64,000 nt of DNA from an uncultured bacterium (GTDB lineage Bacteria > Fidelibacterota > Marinisomatia > Marinisomatales > UBA1611). Below, in pieces: positions 42,043 through 54,800 of this stretch; position 1 is the first letter of the stretch, and each line of letters opens with the position of its first letter. The stretch lies in NCBI GenBank assembly GCA_943788175.1, contig CALSPG010000006.1:64001-128000 (forward strand). The letters run 5' to 3'. The notes beneath the pieces were generated by a model. It did no database searches. It was not told the origin of the DNA and worked only from the letters and a program-made list of their open reading frames with translations. The position numbers and the translations under genes were made by a program.

Positions 42043-42792
42043 TTATTGTTTAAGTTTATTTTTTATGAGGATTGAATTTATAAACAATAGTAAAAAGCTA
42101 GAAAGGACTGGAATAATGGTAAAAGCCCAATCAATAAATCCACTAAACAAATAAGATTGCATTGATTTAATACACATTACCAAAGGCAAGAAAGATAAAA
42201 TACTATTTATTGTTGGCGGATAAAAATCAAGACTAATAAGCAGACTACTTCCAAAAAATATAAAAAATATAAAGCCAAATAAAGAAATGAATAGAGTAGA
42301 TAATTTATCCGAAATAATAGAAACAGTTATAAAGATATTTGCTAATAAAAATGTGTAAATACAAAAATAAAAAATAAACCCAAATGTTTGAATAATCCCA
42401 AGGGGATAAGGAATAATTGCTGAAAACAATATAGCTGAAAACAATCCAAAACTTAAACTTTCAACAACAGCAACAATTGAAAAACTAAAAATCATATATT
42501 TTTTTGAATAAGGAGTTAAAGACAAATAAGATAAAACTTTATTATGAACTCTCAAATCAAAAAGGTCTCTAAATATGGATGGCAAAATAGCTAACCCTGT
42601 AACTAAAAAAATCATGCTTGGATATATCCATATATCAAAGGATATATCATATAAACCAATTGAAGGTATTTTTCTAAATGCTAAATTTGTAAAAATAAAA
42701 ACTGTCAATGGGAACAGAAATAAAATTACTAAACTCGAAGTTAAATTATTACCTAGCAACCAGAGTCTCCTTGATAAAAGTGCTTTTATCAA
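42043..42792 (-). CDS. ABC-2 type transporter permease
   Basis: About six TM helices; TTGA overlap with ABC ATPase. Confidence 0.75.
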   Translation of the reverse strand: MIKALLSRRLWLLGNNLTSSLVILFLFPLTVFIFTNLAFRKIPSIGLYDISFDIWIYPSMIFLVTGLAILPSIFRDLFDLRVHNKVLSYLSLTPYSKKYMIFSFSIVAVVESLSFGLFSAILFSAIIPYPLGIIQTFGFIFYFCIYTFLLANIFITVSIISDKLSTLFISLFGFIFFIFFGSSLLISLDFYPPTINSILSFLPLVMCIKSMQSYLFSGFIDWAFTIIPVLSSFLLLFINSILIKNKLKQ

Positions 42793-43715
42793 TCTAAGCC
42801 ACCTCCAGCAAATTCAGAGTCCATCAAATCTACTAAACCTAATTTCTTAACATTTAAATCAATCATGTAATTTTCTGATGCCTGTCTAACAATATCAAAA
42901 AATACATTTCTCTCTCTTCCATAAAAATGAAATATATTATTAATCCTACTTGGTGATACAACCGTTGTAATTTTACTGAGCGTGTTATATAAGTCATCAC
43001 TCAAATTTTCAAACTCAATTTGAAACTGATGGTAATCAAGAGTGCTTTCTAATAGTTTATCTAAATTACCGTCCATTATTATTCTTCCATCTCGAAAAAC
43101 TAATATTCGATCATGAGCCTGTTCAACTTCTTGTAATGAATTGCTCACATAAATTATAGATTTTTCACCTTTTAATTTTTTTAATAAATCCCAAGTAAGT
43201 CTTGAAGATGGTGCATCCATAAAACCTGTAGGTTCATCCAATATTAAGATTTCAGGGTTATGGATTAGAGCTCTTACTAACATCGCTCTTTTCTGAATTC
43301 CATAAGATACTGATGAAGCCAGCTGACCTAAAAACTTGTCAATTGCTAATGTGTGTGAAAAAGACTTAAGTCTATTTTTGTAATCTTTACTATTAACATT
43401 ATATAATAATGATGAAAATTTTATGTTTTGCTCAATAGTCAACCATGGATCTAAATCTGTCTCATGCGGAACAAGACCAACCAGTTTTCGGGTCTTTTTT
43501 TTCCTTTTTTGCATATCTAATCCGTGAACAAATATGCTTCCATAATCTGGCTTTTCTAAACCTGATAAGAGTTTAAGTAGCGTTGTTTTACCTGTATCAT
43601 TTGCGCCAATTATTGCAACTAATGACCCTCTTTCGACTCCGAATGTTAATCCAGCAACAATAGTTTTATCATCTATTTTTTTGCCAACTTTTTTTAAAGT
43701 AATACTTGCTTCCAT
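42789..43715 (-). CDS. ABC transporter ATP-binding protein
   Basis: Walker A GANDTGKT, Walker B ILILDEP; degenerate signature VSYG and H-loop replaced by VSN. Confidence 0.9.
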   Translation of the reverse strand: MEASITLKKVGKKIDDKTIVAGLTFGVERGSLVAIIGANDTGKTTLLKLLSGLEKPDYGSIFVHGLDMQKRKKKTRKLVGLVPHETDLDPWLTIEQNIKFSSLLYNVNSKDYKNRLKSFSHTLAIDKFLGQLASSVSYGIQKRAMLVRALIHNPEILILDEPTGFMDAPSSRLTWDLLKKLKGEKSIIYVSNSLQEVEQAHDRILVFRDGRIIMDGNLDKLLESTLDYHQFQIEFENLSDDLYNTLSKITTVVSPSRINNIFHFYGRERNVFFDIVRQASENYMIDLNVKKLGLVDLMDSEFAGGGLD

Positions 43716-43723
43716 AATTTGCC

Positions 43724-46429
43724 TTAGTGGGCTTCAAACCAATCTTTTCCTGAACCATAATCTACAATTACAGGGACTTTCAACTTCATCGCATTTTCCA
43801 TTGATTCTTTTACTAAAGGAATTAAAACATCTTTTTCATCAACAGGAAATTCGAACAATAATTCGTCATGAATTTGCAAAATCAATTTTGAGTTCATATG
43901 CTCGAGCTCTATATTTTTTTGAACATCTATCATAGCAATTTTAATTAATTCTGCGGCCGAACCTTGAATCGGCATGTTAATTGCAATTCTTTCTGCTGCC
44001 TGCCTTTTTAAAGCATTTTGGCTATTAATATCCCATACTGACCTTCGTCTACCAAGTAAAGTCTCAACATAATTATCAGATCTAGCCTTATCAAGAGTGG
44101 CCGAAATGTACTTTTTTACACCAGAATATTGATTAAAATATTCTTTAATTATTTCTTGTGATGCTTTTCTCGAGATACCAAGTTCTTGACTAATTCTAAA
44201 AGGTCCAGCACCATACATGATACCAAAATTTATAACTTTTGCAGTTCTTCGCATATCAGGTTGAACATCATCAATAGAAACGTTATATATTAAACTTGCG
44301 GTTCTGGTGTGAATATCTAAGTTAGCATTAAATGCATTGCAAAGTTCAAGATCTTCAGATAAATGAGCCATAACTCTTAACTCTATTTGAGAGTAATCAG
44401 CAGATAATATTTCCCAATTATCTCTTTGCGTAATAAAAGACTTCCTAATCTCCCTACCTTCTTTTGTCCTTATCGGAATATTTTGAAAGTTTGGATTTGT
44501 ACTCGATAGTCTTCCTGTTGATGCTATTGTCTGATTAAAAGTGGAATGTATTCTATTTGTATCAGGGTTAATAACAGTTGGTAGTGCATCAACATATGTA
44601 TTTTTTAATTTATTAAGCTTACGATATTCTAATATTAAGGTCGGTAATTCATGCTCTTGAATTAATTCTTTTAATACATTTTCAGCTGTAGATCTTTTTT
44701 TAATTTGTGTTAGCTTTAAATCATCAAATAAAATTTTAGCTAGCTGTTGAGTTGAATTGACATTGAATTCAGTATCAGAAATTTTATATATATCTTTAAC
44801 AAGAATGTCCAATCTGTCACCTATTTTTACTGACATTGCATTTAACGATTCTTGATCTACAAAAACTCCTTCCAGTTCCATCTTAGTTAAAACAGTTATT
44901 AATGGCATTTCAATATCAATGAAAAAATCCATTTGTTTATTTTCTTCAAGTTTAGATATGAAAATTTGCGATAGTTGTAAAACGATGTCTGCATCCTCAG
45001 CAGCATAATAAGCAGCTTTTTCAATTGGAACCATATCCATTGTTATTTGGTCTTTACCTCGACCAATAAGGTCCTCAATAGGAACCATTGTATAATTTAG
45101 AAACTCTATACTTAGCATATCTAGTTTATAAGATCTTGCAGATGGGTTCAAAATAGATGCTGCAACCATTGTATCAAAATAAATTCCTGCAACATTAATA
45201 CCATTTCTTGAAAAAATTAATGTATCATATTTAATATTTTGACCAACTTTTTTTATTTTATCATTTTCTAAGAAATCTTTAAGGTTTTCTAGAACAATTT
45301 TTAAATCATCCGCACCAAAATTATTTTTATTTTTTTCCAAGTATAATACAGGTATGTAAAAGCCTTCATCTTTTTTAAAAGAAATACTCACTCCAACAAT
45401 TTCAGCAACCATTGGATTAACAGAAGTCGTTTCTAGGTCAATAGATACCATATCTGAATTTTGAACCTTTTTAACTAATTCTTTTAATTCATCAATATTC
45501 AAGATCGTTTTATATACTTTTTCAATTGTTTTTGTTTTTATATCTACATCATCAACTGATAGATATTTCAATAAGCCAAAAAATTCTAATTCTTCAAATT
45601 TTTTGGATAAATCTTCGTGATTAAATGAGTTTATTATAAAATTTTCGATACTAGTATCAACGTCTACATCTTTTACTATTGTTACTAGCTCTCTACTCAA
45701 ATAGGCAATCTCTCTGCCATTAGTTAATCCATCATAAACACGTTTATTTTTTATCTTTGAAACATTATCTAAAACAGATTCAATATTATCATATTCGTTT
45801 AATAATTTTACGGCTGTTTTAACACCAACCCCAGAAACGCCTGGTACGTTATCTGATGAATCACCCATTAATGCTAGTAGATCTATAATTTTTTCTGGAG
45901 GAAGTCCCCATTTTTCAATAACACCTTGCCTATCATAAATCACTGGAGGATAATTTCTTTTACCTGGCGCATATAAAAATACTTTATCATTAATTAACTG
46001 CATAAAATCTTTATCGCCACTGACGATATAAGATTCAATTTGACTTTCTGAAACTGAATTTGTAATGGTACCTATAATATCATCAGCCTCGAAACCAGGT
46101 TTTCTTAAAACTGGAATATTCATTGCCTCAAGCACTTCCCATAGATGAGGAATTTGATGTTGCAATTCAAGAGGCATTTCAGGCCTATTTGCCTTGTAGT
46201 TTGAATAAATTTTGTGTCGAAAAGTTTTTTCTTTTGAATCAAATGCACAAACTAAATAATCAGGCTTTTCATCATTAATAAGTTTAATTATATGATTTGC
46301 AAAACCAAAAAGAGCACTAGTATGAAAACCATAGCTCGTAATCAAAGGATTACGTATCAATGCATAATGCGCTCTATATAAAATTGCATATCCATCAACA
46401 ATGAATAGTTTTTTCTTGATTTCTGTCAT
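43724..46429 (-). CDS. polA: DNA polymerase I
   Basis: 5'-3' exo (EADD, SGDKD), 3'-5' exo (DLETT, YAAED), polymerase motifs ADYSQIELR and QIHDEL. Confidence 0.97.
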   Translation of the reverse strand: MTEIKKKLFIVDGYAILYRAHYALIRNPLITSYGFHTSALFGFANHIIKLINDEKPDYLVCAFDSKEKTFRHKIYSNYKANRPEMPLELQHQIPHLWEVLEAMNIPVLRKPGFEADDIIGTITNSVSESQIESYIVSGDKDFMQLINDKVFLYAPGKRNYPPVIYDRQGVIEKWGLPPEKIIDLLALMGDSSDNVPGVSGVGVKTAVKLLNEYDNIESVLDNVSKIKNKRVYDGLTNGREIAYLSRELVTIVKDVDVDTSIENFIINSFNHEDLSKKFEELEFFGLLKYLSVDDVDIKTKTIEKVYKTILNIDELKELVKKVQNSDMVSIDLETTSVNPMVAEIVGVSISFKKDEGFYIPVLYLEKNKNNFGADDLKIVLENLKDFLENDKIKKVGQNIKYDTLIFSRNGINVAGIYFDTMVAASILNPSARSYKLDMLSIEFLNYTMVPIEDLIGRGKDQITMDMVPIEKAAYYAAEDADIVLQLSQIFISKLEENKQMDFFIDIEMPLITVLTKMELEGVFVDQESLNAMSVKIGDRLDILVKDIYKISDTEFNVNSTQQLAKILFDDLKLTQIKKRSTAENVLKELIQEHELPTLILEYRKLNKLKNTYVDALPTVINPDTNRIHSTFNQTIASTGRLSSTNPNFQNIPIRTKEGREIRKSFITQRDNWEILSADYSQIELRVMAHLSEDLELCNAFNANLDIHTRTASLIYNVSIDDVQPDMRRTAKVINFGIMYGAGPFRISQELGISRKASQEIIKEYFNQYSGVKKYISATLDKARSDNYVETLLGRRRSVWDINSQNALKRQAAERIAINMPIQGSAAELIKIAMIDVQKNIELEHMNSKLILQIHDELLFEFPVDEKDVLIPLVKESMENAMKLKVPVIVDYGSGKDWFEAH

Positions 46430-46479
46430 TATCTTAACATAAAAAATTACTTAAATGATGGTTATTGAACATGAATTTT

Positions 46480-46523
46480 TTTAGAATAAAAAAGCCCCAG
46501 ATGTGGGGCTTTTTTATTCTAAA
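46480..46523. terminator. Perfect 20-bp inverted repeat, bidirectional terminator after groEL
   Basis: TTTAGAATAAAAAAGCCCCA-GATG-TGGGGCTTTTTTATTCTAAA. Confidence 0.9.
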
Positions 46524-46541
46524 CAGGTTTAAAGGCAATGA

Positions 46542-48188
<1,647 letters not shown>

Positions 48189-48196
48189 TTAACTCC

Positions 48197-48487
48197 TTAC
48201 ATTATTGCGAGAATATCACTCTCGCGCATGATTATATAATCTGTTCCAGCAACATTTACTTCTGTGCCAGAATATTTACCGTATAATATTTTATCACCTT
48301 CCTTAACAGACATCTTAACTAAAGTACCTGTGTCACTTACTTTGCCTGGACCCACCGCAACAACAGTACCTTGTTGAGGCTTTTCCTGCGCTGTGTCTGG
48401 GAGAATAATTCCGCCAGATGATTTTTCTTCTGCAGCAGCTGCTTCAATTACAACTCTATCAGATAATGGTTTTAGACTTAAACCCAT
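48197..48487 (-). CDS. groS: Co-chaperonin GroES
   Basis: [30 protein letters not shown]. Confidence 0.98.
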   Translation of the reverse strand: MGLSLKPLSDRVVIEAAAAEEKSSGGIILPDTAQEKPQQGTVVAVGPGKVSDTGTLVKMSVKEGDKILYGKYSGTEVNVAGTDYIIMRESDILAIM

Positions 48488-48583
48488 TTTTAGAACTCCT
48501 TATTTGTGTTTTAGATAAATTTTTCAGTGATTGAGCGTATCAAACAAAAATGATACTTTAATCAATGCTTTCATAGTTGCTAA

Positions 48584-48600
48584 TGCAAAAATTATTCCGA
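48584..48600 (-). promoter_or_regulatory. Possible sigma54-type -24/-12 promoter of groES-groEL
   Basis: Minus strand TCGGAATAATTTTTGCA = GG-N10-GC with TTGCA; -24 half deviates from TGGCAC. Confidence 0.35.
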
Positions 48601-48668
48601 ACTATTATTTCATGCATTCCATCATAAAATAAAGATATACGGGGTGCCAATTTGGCATGAAATCAAGG

Positions 48669-49106
48669 TTATTTACCCGTACTTCCAAAACCATCTTTTC
48701 CCCTTGAGGTTTGAGATAACTCATCTGTTAAATCAAAATGTATTTCAGATCCATCCATAGCCACAATTTGAAATAATCTTTGACCGACCTCTAGACGATG
48801 CGGGATATCTTTAATATTATCAACAGCAGCCATTATCTCACCTCTATAACCCGAATCAATTAAACCAACAGAATTAGCAAGGCGTAATGGCGTTTTCGAA
48901 ATACTTGAGCGAGGCATGAGAAAATATGCTTTCCTATGAATATTTTCACAAGATATACCAAGCTTAATTCTTGACGTTTCCCCTGGATTAATAATTTGAT
49001 CTTCTACAATATAAACATCTAAACCAGCATCGCCCTGATGAAAGTGCTTATGGTTTTTGTACATATTATGGATTACTTTTGAATATGGTCTAATTTTAAG
49101 TTTCAC
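48669..49106 (-). CDS. dut: Trimeric dUTPase
   Basis: AGLD, PRSS, GLIDSGYRGE, RGKDGFGSTG. Confidence 0.95.
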   Translation of the reverse strand: MKLKIRPYSKVIHNMYKNHKHFHQGDAGLDVYIVEDQIINPGETSRIKLGISCENIHRKAYFLMPRSSISKTPLRLANSVGLIDSGYRGEIMAAVDNIKDIPHRLEVGQRLFQIVAMDGSEIHFDLTDELSQTSRGKDGFGSTGK

Positions 49107-50406
49107 TATATGTTTCCGTTTTAATTAATAAATATAATCCTAAACTAATTACAATCAAACATACTCCAATCAGTGATTCAAACGGCTGAAGCCTAATAGT
49201 GTAGTACAAAATCCAAGTATTTAAAATAATAAATATTATTGGAGTGAACGGATACCCCCAGACTTTATAAACTCTCTTCAAATTTGGTTCCTTAATCCTT
49301 AGATATATGAGTGAGCATACTGTAATTGAAGTTGTAATAATCAAAATAATTCCTGTATAGAGCATCACCTCTTCAAAAGTCGATGAAATAATAAATATAA
49401 GACTTATAAAAAGCTGTAGTGAGAAGGCATTTAATGGAACGCCCTGCTTGTTAACTTTTGAAAGAAATTTAATCTTTTCATAATCTTTTCCAATTGCCTG
49501 AATTATTCTTGGTCCAATATATACGTAACTACTTACTGTAGATAAAAGCAGCAGTCCTATAAAAAAAGAAACTATCTTTGCAGTTTTAAGACCGAACAGA
49601 TTTATGCTAGATATATAGCCAATTTCAATTTTCCCCATGAGGGCATCTATTGGAGATATTAATAAAAATACATAATTCAATAGCACGTATAATGCAGTTA
49701 CAATTAAAGTCCCAATTAAAATTGATCTGAAAATATTTTTATTAGGTTGTATAATTTCTCCGACCACATAAATACTTGAGTTCCACCCCGCATAAGCATA
49801 TGAGACCCAAACTAAATTAACTGCAAATTCAGGACTAAATAAAATTCCAAAATCTTCAGATCTAGGTATAAAAGAAATACTCTGTTTATTATCAAATAAG
49901 AGGCCTATAGATACAAAACTAAATATTATTAATAATTTTAAAAATGTGGACCAAACCTGAAAAGATTTTCCAGTATCTAAGCTATAGGCATGCATAAAAT
50001 TCATAGATAAAATCACAAAAATTGCTACGATTTTGATATTAATAAAAGGAACTATTGGATTTAGATAACTTGCAAGAGCAATTGCTGCTAAAACAGCAGG
50101 CGCAGAAAAGCCAACAGTCGCTGAAATAAGCCCAGCGCTTAGCCCAATAGACGGATGTAAAATTCTAGAAAGCAAATAATATTCTCCGCCTGATTTAGGA
50201 AGAGCTGAGGCCAATTCACAATAACTTAAAGCACCAAAAAGTGATATCACACCGCCGATTAACCAAAGCATTAATAACGCAAATACAGACTGTATATCAA
50301 CAAGTTGATAACCCAAACTGGTAAATACGCCAGTGCCTACCATACTCGAAATAACCAACGATACAGCTGCAAATAAACTTAAATGACGATTCTTTCCACT
50401 AACCAA
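49096..50406 (-). CDS. APC family amino acid permease
   Basis: MVGTGVF, ELASALPKSGGEY, YAYAGWN, YKVWGYP. Confidence 0.92.
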   Translation of the reverse strand: MVSGKNRHLSLFAAVSLVISSMVGTGVFTSLGYQLVDIQSVFALLMLWLIGGVISLFGALSYCELASALPKSGGEYYLLSRILHPSIGLSAGLISATVGFSAPAVLAAIALASYLNPIVPFINIKIVAIFVILSMNFMHAYSLDTGKSFQVWSTFLKLLIIFSFVSIGLLFDNKQSISFIPRSEDFGILFSPEFAVNLVWVSYAYAGWNSSIYVVGEIIQPNKNIFRSILIGTLIVTALYVLLNYVFLLISPIDALMGKIEIGYISSINLFGLKTAKIVSFFIGLLLLSTVSSYVYIGPRIIQAIGKDYEKIKFLSKVNKQGVPLNAFSLQLFISLIFIISSTFEEVMLYTGIILIITTSITVCSLIYLRIKEPNLKRVYKVWGYPFTPIIFIILNTWILYYTIRLQPFESLIGVCLIVISLGLYLLIKTETYSET

Positions 50407-50413
50407 TTATAAA

Positions 50414-50782
50414 TTAAGATAGCTTATAAATATTATAGGCAAAGGTTAACCAACTTGCTATCAAAACGACTCCTCCAACAGGAGTTATCATACCAAATTT
50501 TTTAAAGCCACCTAGAGAAACTAAGTACAAACTTCCCGAGAAAATAACAATCCCAACAATCATCATAATACCAGGTGTGCTTATAATCTCCTCAGCTAAA
50601 ATGTATCCGAGTAAGCCAAAAATTAATAAACCAAAGGAATGATACATCATATATCTAGTTGCAATTTCAAAAACAACTAATTGATCTGAACTAAGTTTTT
50701 CTTTAAGAAAGTGAGCGCCAAATGCGCCAAATAAAATGGATAAAGAAGCAAAAATTGAGCCTACTAATAAGAACAACTTCAT
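50414..50782 (-). CDS. DUF423 membrane protein
   Basis: GAFGAH, FSGSLY, ITPVGG. Confidence 0.92.
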   Translation of the reverse strand: MKLFLLVGSIFASLSILFGAFGAHFLKEKLSSDQLVVFEIATRYMMYHSFGLLIFGLLGYILAEEIISTPGIMMIVGIVIFSGSLYLVSLGGFKKFGMITPVGGVVLIASWLTFAYNIYKLS

Positions 50783-51858
50783 TTTTTTTCATTTTTATGA
50801 ATGATAGTTCTCATTGGGAATGGAATTTCAATACCCACTTCAGCATATTTTTTATGCAAAAGCTTAATAAATCTATCTATAATAGGGTTCTGATCTCCGT
50901 AACGATTTCCTCTAAAATAGACCATTAAGTTTATACTTGATTCACCAAAATTTTGAAAGCGCATAGTGGGCTCATACTTTTTGTTCGTTTCATCCATAGA
51001 AATTTGAATTTCTTTAATTACTTCATGAGTCACTTTTTCAACTTCATCTAAATTTGAACTATAACCAACGCCCACGGGGATTTTAACAGAGAAACTAGGA
51101 TCACCGCTATCAAAATTCTTAATAATGGCAGAAGATAATCGAGTATTAGGTATATGAATTATATTATTAGTTCTTTCCATTATCGTAGTATTGCGCCACG
51201 AAATATTTTGGACATAGCCCATATCACCAGTATCTATTTGAACAAAATCACCAACTTGGACTTTTTTGCTAAGTAGTATATGCAAACCAGCAAAAACATC
51301 CGTAAGGGTATCTTTTAATGCCAAAGAAACTGCAAGACCACCAACTCCGAGTGCAGTAATCATTGGAGCAATAGAAATACTTAAAGCATCTAAAATAATT
51401 AGAGCGCCGATAACATATATTGCAATCCTTACAAAATTTGTAAACATCGTTGTCGATGGGAAGCCTTTTTCTTGGTCTCTTGCCCAAGAATTAAAAAGGC
51501 TAACAGCTAACTTCCCAAAAGCTAATGTTATTGAACCGATGAGCATTATTACCAAAAATTTTGATACGTAGTCATTTAAAAAACTTTTTAAATATGTATT
51601 TTCCATCGCTATAGAGTCAATAGTAGAAGTCGCTATAGATAAGGCACCAAGGAAAAACCAAATAACTATATGAGGTTCAATAGCATCAAGGACTGCATCA
51701 TCTCCAGTCCAAGTGGATTTTTTTGCTGCTAGTTTAAGTTTTGAATGAATGGACCTTTTAAATACAAACCCAAAAAGGATTCCGACAACTACTATAATTA
51801 AAGGCGAGGCAAATATTTCGAAATTATTATAGAACCAAATTTTATCCATCTTAATCAA
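50779..51858 (-). CDS. Small-conductance mechanosensitive channel family protein
   Basis: LGVGGLAVSLALKDTL, VGDFV, IPN, FGESSI, IEIPFP. Confidence 0.92.
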   Translation of the reverse strand: MIKMDKIWFYNNFEIFASPLIIVVVGILFGFVFKRSIHSKLKLAAKKSTWTGDDAVLDAIEPHIVIWFFLGALSIATSTIDSIAMENTYLKSFLNDYVSKFLVIMLIGSITLAFGKLAVSLFNSWARDQEKGFPSTTMFTNFVRIAIYVIGALIILDALSISIAPMITALGVGGLAVSLALKDTLTDVFAGLHILLSKKVQVGDFVQIDTGDMGYVQNISWRNTTIMERTNNIIHIPNTRLSSAIIKNFDSGDPSFSVKIPVGVGYSSNLDEVEKVTHEVIKEIQISMDETNKKYEPTMRFQNFGESSINLMVYFRGNRYGDQNPIIDRFIKLLHKKYAEVGIEIPFPMRTIIHKNEKK

Positions 51859-54800
51859 AACTTACAGAAACTAGCTTTGATACTCCCTTCTTTTCTTGGG
51901 TTACTCCATACATGTGATTCGCTATTTCCATTGTAAGTTTATTATGGGTAACAACAATGAATTGAGTTTCATCAGCAAATTGTTTAAGTACTTTTGTGAA
52001 TTTATGAATATTAATATCATCTAAAGGAGCATCAACTTCATCTAAAATGCAATATGGACTGGGTTTAACTTGATATATTGAAAAAAGAAGTGAAATTGCA
52101 GTTAATGCTTTTTCACCACTCGAAAGCAACCTTAATGAAGTATTTCTTTTTCCCGGCGGTTGAGCATCAATTACGATATCTGCTTCTAATGGATCAGGGT
52201 CTCCCACTAAACGCAAAGCTCCATACCCCCCTTCAAAAAAAAGATTGAATAATTTTTTGTAATTTTTACTTATAAGCTTAAAAGTCTCTTGGAATTTTTT
52301 TCTAGCAATTCTGTCAATTTTTTGAATAGTCTCTCTCAAATTTTCTTCTGATTCAACTAAGTCATCTCGTTGCCTGCGCAAATGACTTAAACGTTCTGAG
52401 TCTTCGTTATACTCATCTTGGACTGCCATATTTACAGGTCCAATATTATCTAAACTTCTTTGGATTTTATCAACCTGATATGATAATTCATCTTCTACAT
52501 GGTCAACAATTAATTTTTTAGGTATCGAGGTGTCATAACGTTCTTTAATTTGTTCTCTAACAATTTCAATTTTTTGCTTTAATTCATTTAATTTGAATTC
52601 TGATAATTTCAAATTTTCTAAAATAGATTCTCGATCTTTTTGTTCAAGTTTAATTTTTGTTTGAATCTTATCAATACTATCATAAGTATCTCTAAAAACA
52701 GTTTGTTTTAAATCAATTATCGATTTTTGTTTTTGTAGCTCAGCGTTTGTTTCGGTTAGTTTTTTTTCACCATTTTCAATATTTTGGGAATACTCTTTTT
52801 TTAATAAAATCATTTTTTTCTCTTCCTCAATGATTTCAGATTGAATTTTTTCAATAGTCTTGATCTGCTCTTTTGCAGAATTAGATTTATAAACTATATT
52901 ATCATTTTTTGATTCAATATTGACCATTTCTACTCTAGCATCTTGCAATATTTGTTGCTGAAAATCTCTGCTTTTTCCTTGATCCAAGACATTTTGATTA
53001 GCTTTATTTATTTTTTCTTGAAATGATGATACTAACTTTTCAGCTTTTTGGATACCAGGCTCTATTTTTTTTAAGGAGAGCTGTGAATCATTTAGTACTT
53101 TTTCTGTTTCAGCCAACTCATTTTTAAGATTTCCCAAGCTTTCTAAAATTTGAGTCTGATTTAGATGGTTTTTCATCAAGGATGAATCTAATTGACTTAG
53201 TTGACTCTCACTATTTTTTATTAATTCTTGTTTTTTATTTAACTCAATTCTTGATGAATCTATTTTCTTTTCAATCAATGCTTGACTTGTAATTGTTTTT
53301 TTCTCTTCGCTTTTTGAATGAGCTAATTGTTCAGAAATAATTTCAAGTTTATTGCGTCTGCCAATTAGGTTTCCGTGCTCAGAAACTTGTCTGCTTTTTA
53401 TAACTAAATTTTTTCCAGAATATGTACCATTTAAATCAACCAGTCTCCAGCCCTCTAATTTTTTATCATTTGCAGCATGTTTCAAATCACTCACCACGAT
53501 AAGATCACCCAAAATATAGTCTGCGAGCGGCGATAGTTTCTTATCGGTTTTTACCAATTGAGAAGCTAAAGCAATAACATTATCTGACTTTGGTAAAGAT
53601 TTTAATTTTACTTTATAAGCAATTGCTTCTTTTAAAGGAATAATTGTTAAGTCACCTGCATTATTCTCAAGAGCCTTTTCTAATGTAGACAAGCCAGTCT
53701 TTTTATTTTTAGTTATTAGACAATGTGATAACTCACCTAACCCATTTTCTAAAGCATCCCTATATTCTTCTTCGACCTGAAACATATCCGCAACAGTACC
53801 AAGCACACCTGGGAAGACTTTAGGATTTTCAAGAACATATTGAGTGCCCTCAGGAAAACCTTCATTTGACTCAATTAACTCCTCATAAAATCTAGCCTGA
53901 TCATTTAACGATTCAATTTTTACAATTAAACTATTATTATTTTTTATATACTCTTGCTGTTGATCAATTAAAGTTTGAAGTTTTTTCTGAATCTCAGTTA
54001 ATTCTTTTTTTTCTTCCAAATAATTATTATCAATTTTAAGTTGTTTTTGCTCAAGTGATTTAATAGTGCTACTTATTTGTTTAGACTCTTTTTTTAATTC
54101 AAATATCTTTTTACTAATAATCGCAGCATTAGAAGTTTTATCATTTATTAAATTTTTTGTTCGATCATACATTGACTTATTTGAAGCAATAGTTTTTTGG
54201 TGGTTCCACCTCTCATTCTGAACTTGATCGAGATATTTTAATTCTTCATGGTACTTTTTTTCAATCTTATCTAATTCTTCTTTTTTATTTTTATAGGAGG
54301 ATAATGCAAGATCCAAGTCATTTTGCAATTTTTCACTCTCTTCAATAAAGGATTCATCCTCTTTACTCAAAATGGCTAATCTTTGGTTATTCGTTTTATA
54401 ATCTGTTTTTCCTCTTTCAATGGAAAGTGAGGTGGAATTACCTTTTTCAGTCCAAATCAGAATGTTTTGCCTTACTTCCTGACGATTTTCCGTAAGGGTT
54501 AGGAATTTAGATTGCAAAGCATTCAATTCATCTTCTTGTTCTTTATATATTAATCTATTTTTTTCTAATACTTCTTCATACTGCGAAGATTTATCTGTTT
54601 TTGAGCTTTTAAGGTGATTATAATCTTTAATCTCTTGTTCAAGAGGAGACATGATGTTTTGGTATTTGTCAACTTTCAAAAATGCTAATTCAATATCTTT
54701 TTCTCGAAGCTGATGAGAGAGATTTTCATGACGCTTAAACCTCTTTAGCTGAAGTTCTAGACCATGAACTTTTTGTTCAACCTCAGAAATAACATCATTA

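Noticed and set aside
46480-46523. Inverted repeat as a MITE or REP
   Set aside because: Single copy, just after the groEL stop, with terminator structure.
48528-48564. Hairpin in the groES leader as an RNA thermometer
   Set aside because: Pairing relies on G-T pairs on the plus strand that become A-C mismatches in the mRNA, and it does not cover the RBS.
48558-48583. CIRCE element upstream of groES
   Set aside because: Only TTAGCA matches; the GAGTGCTAA arm is absent.
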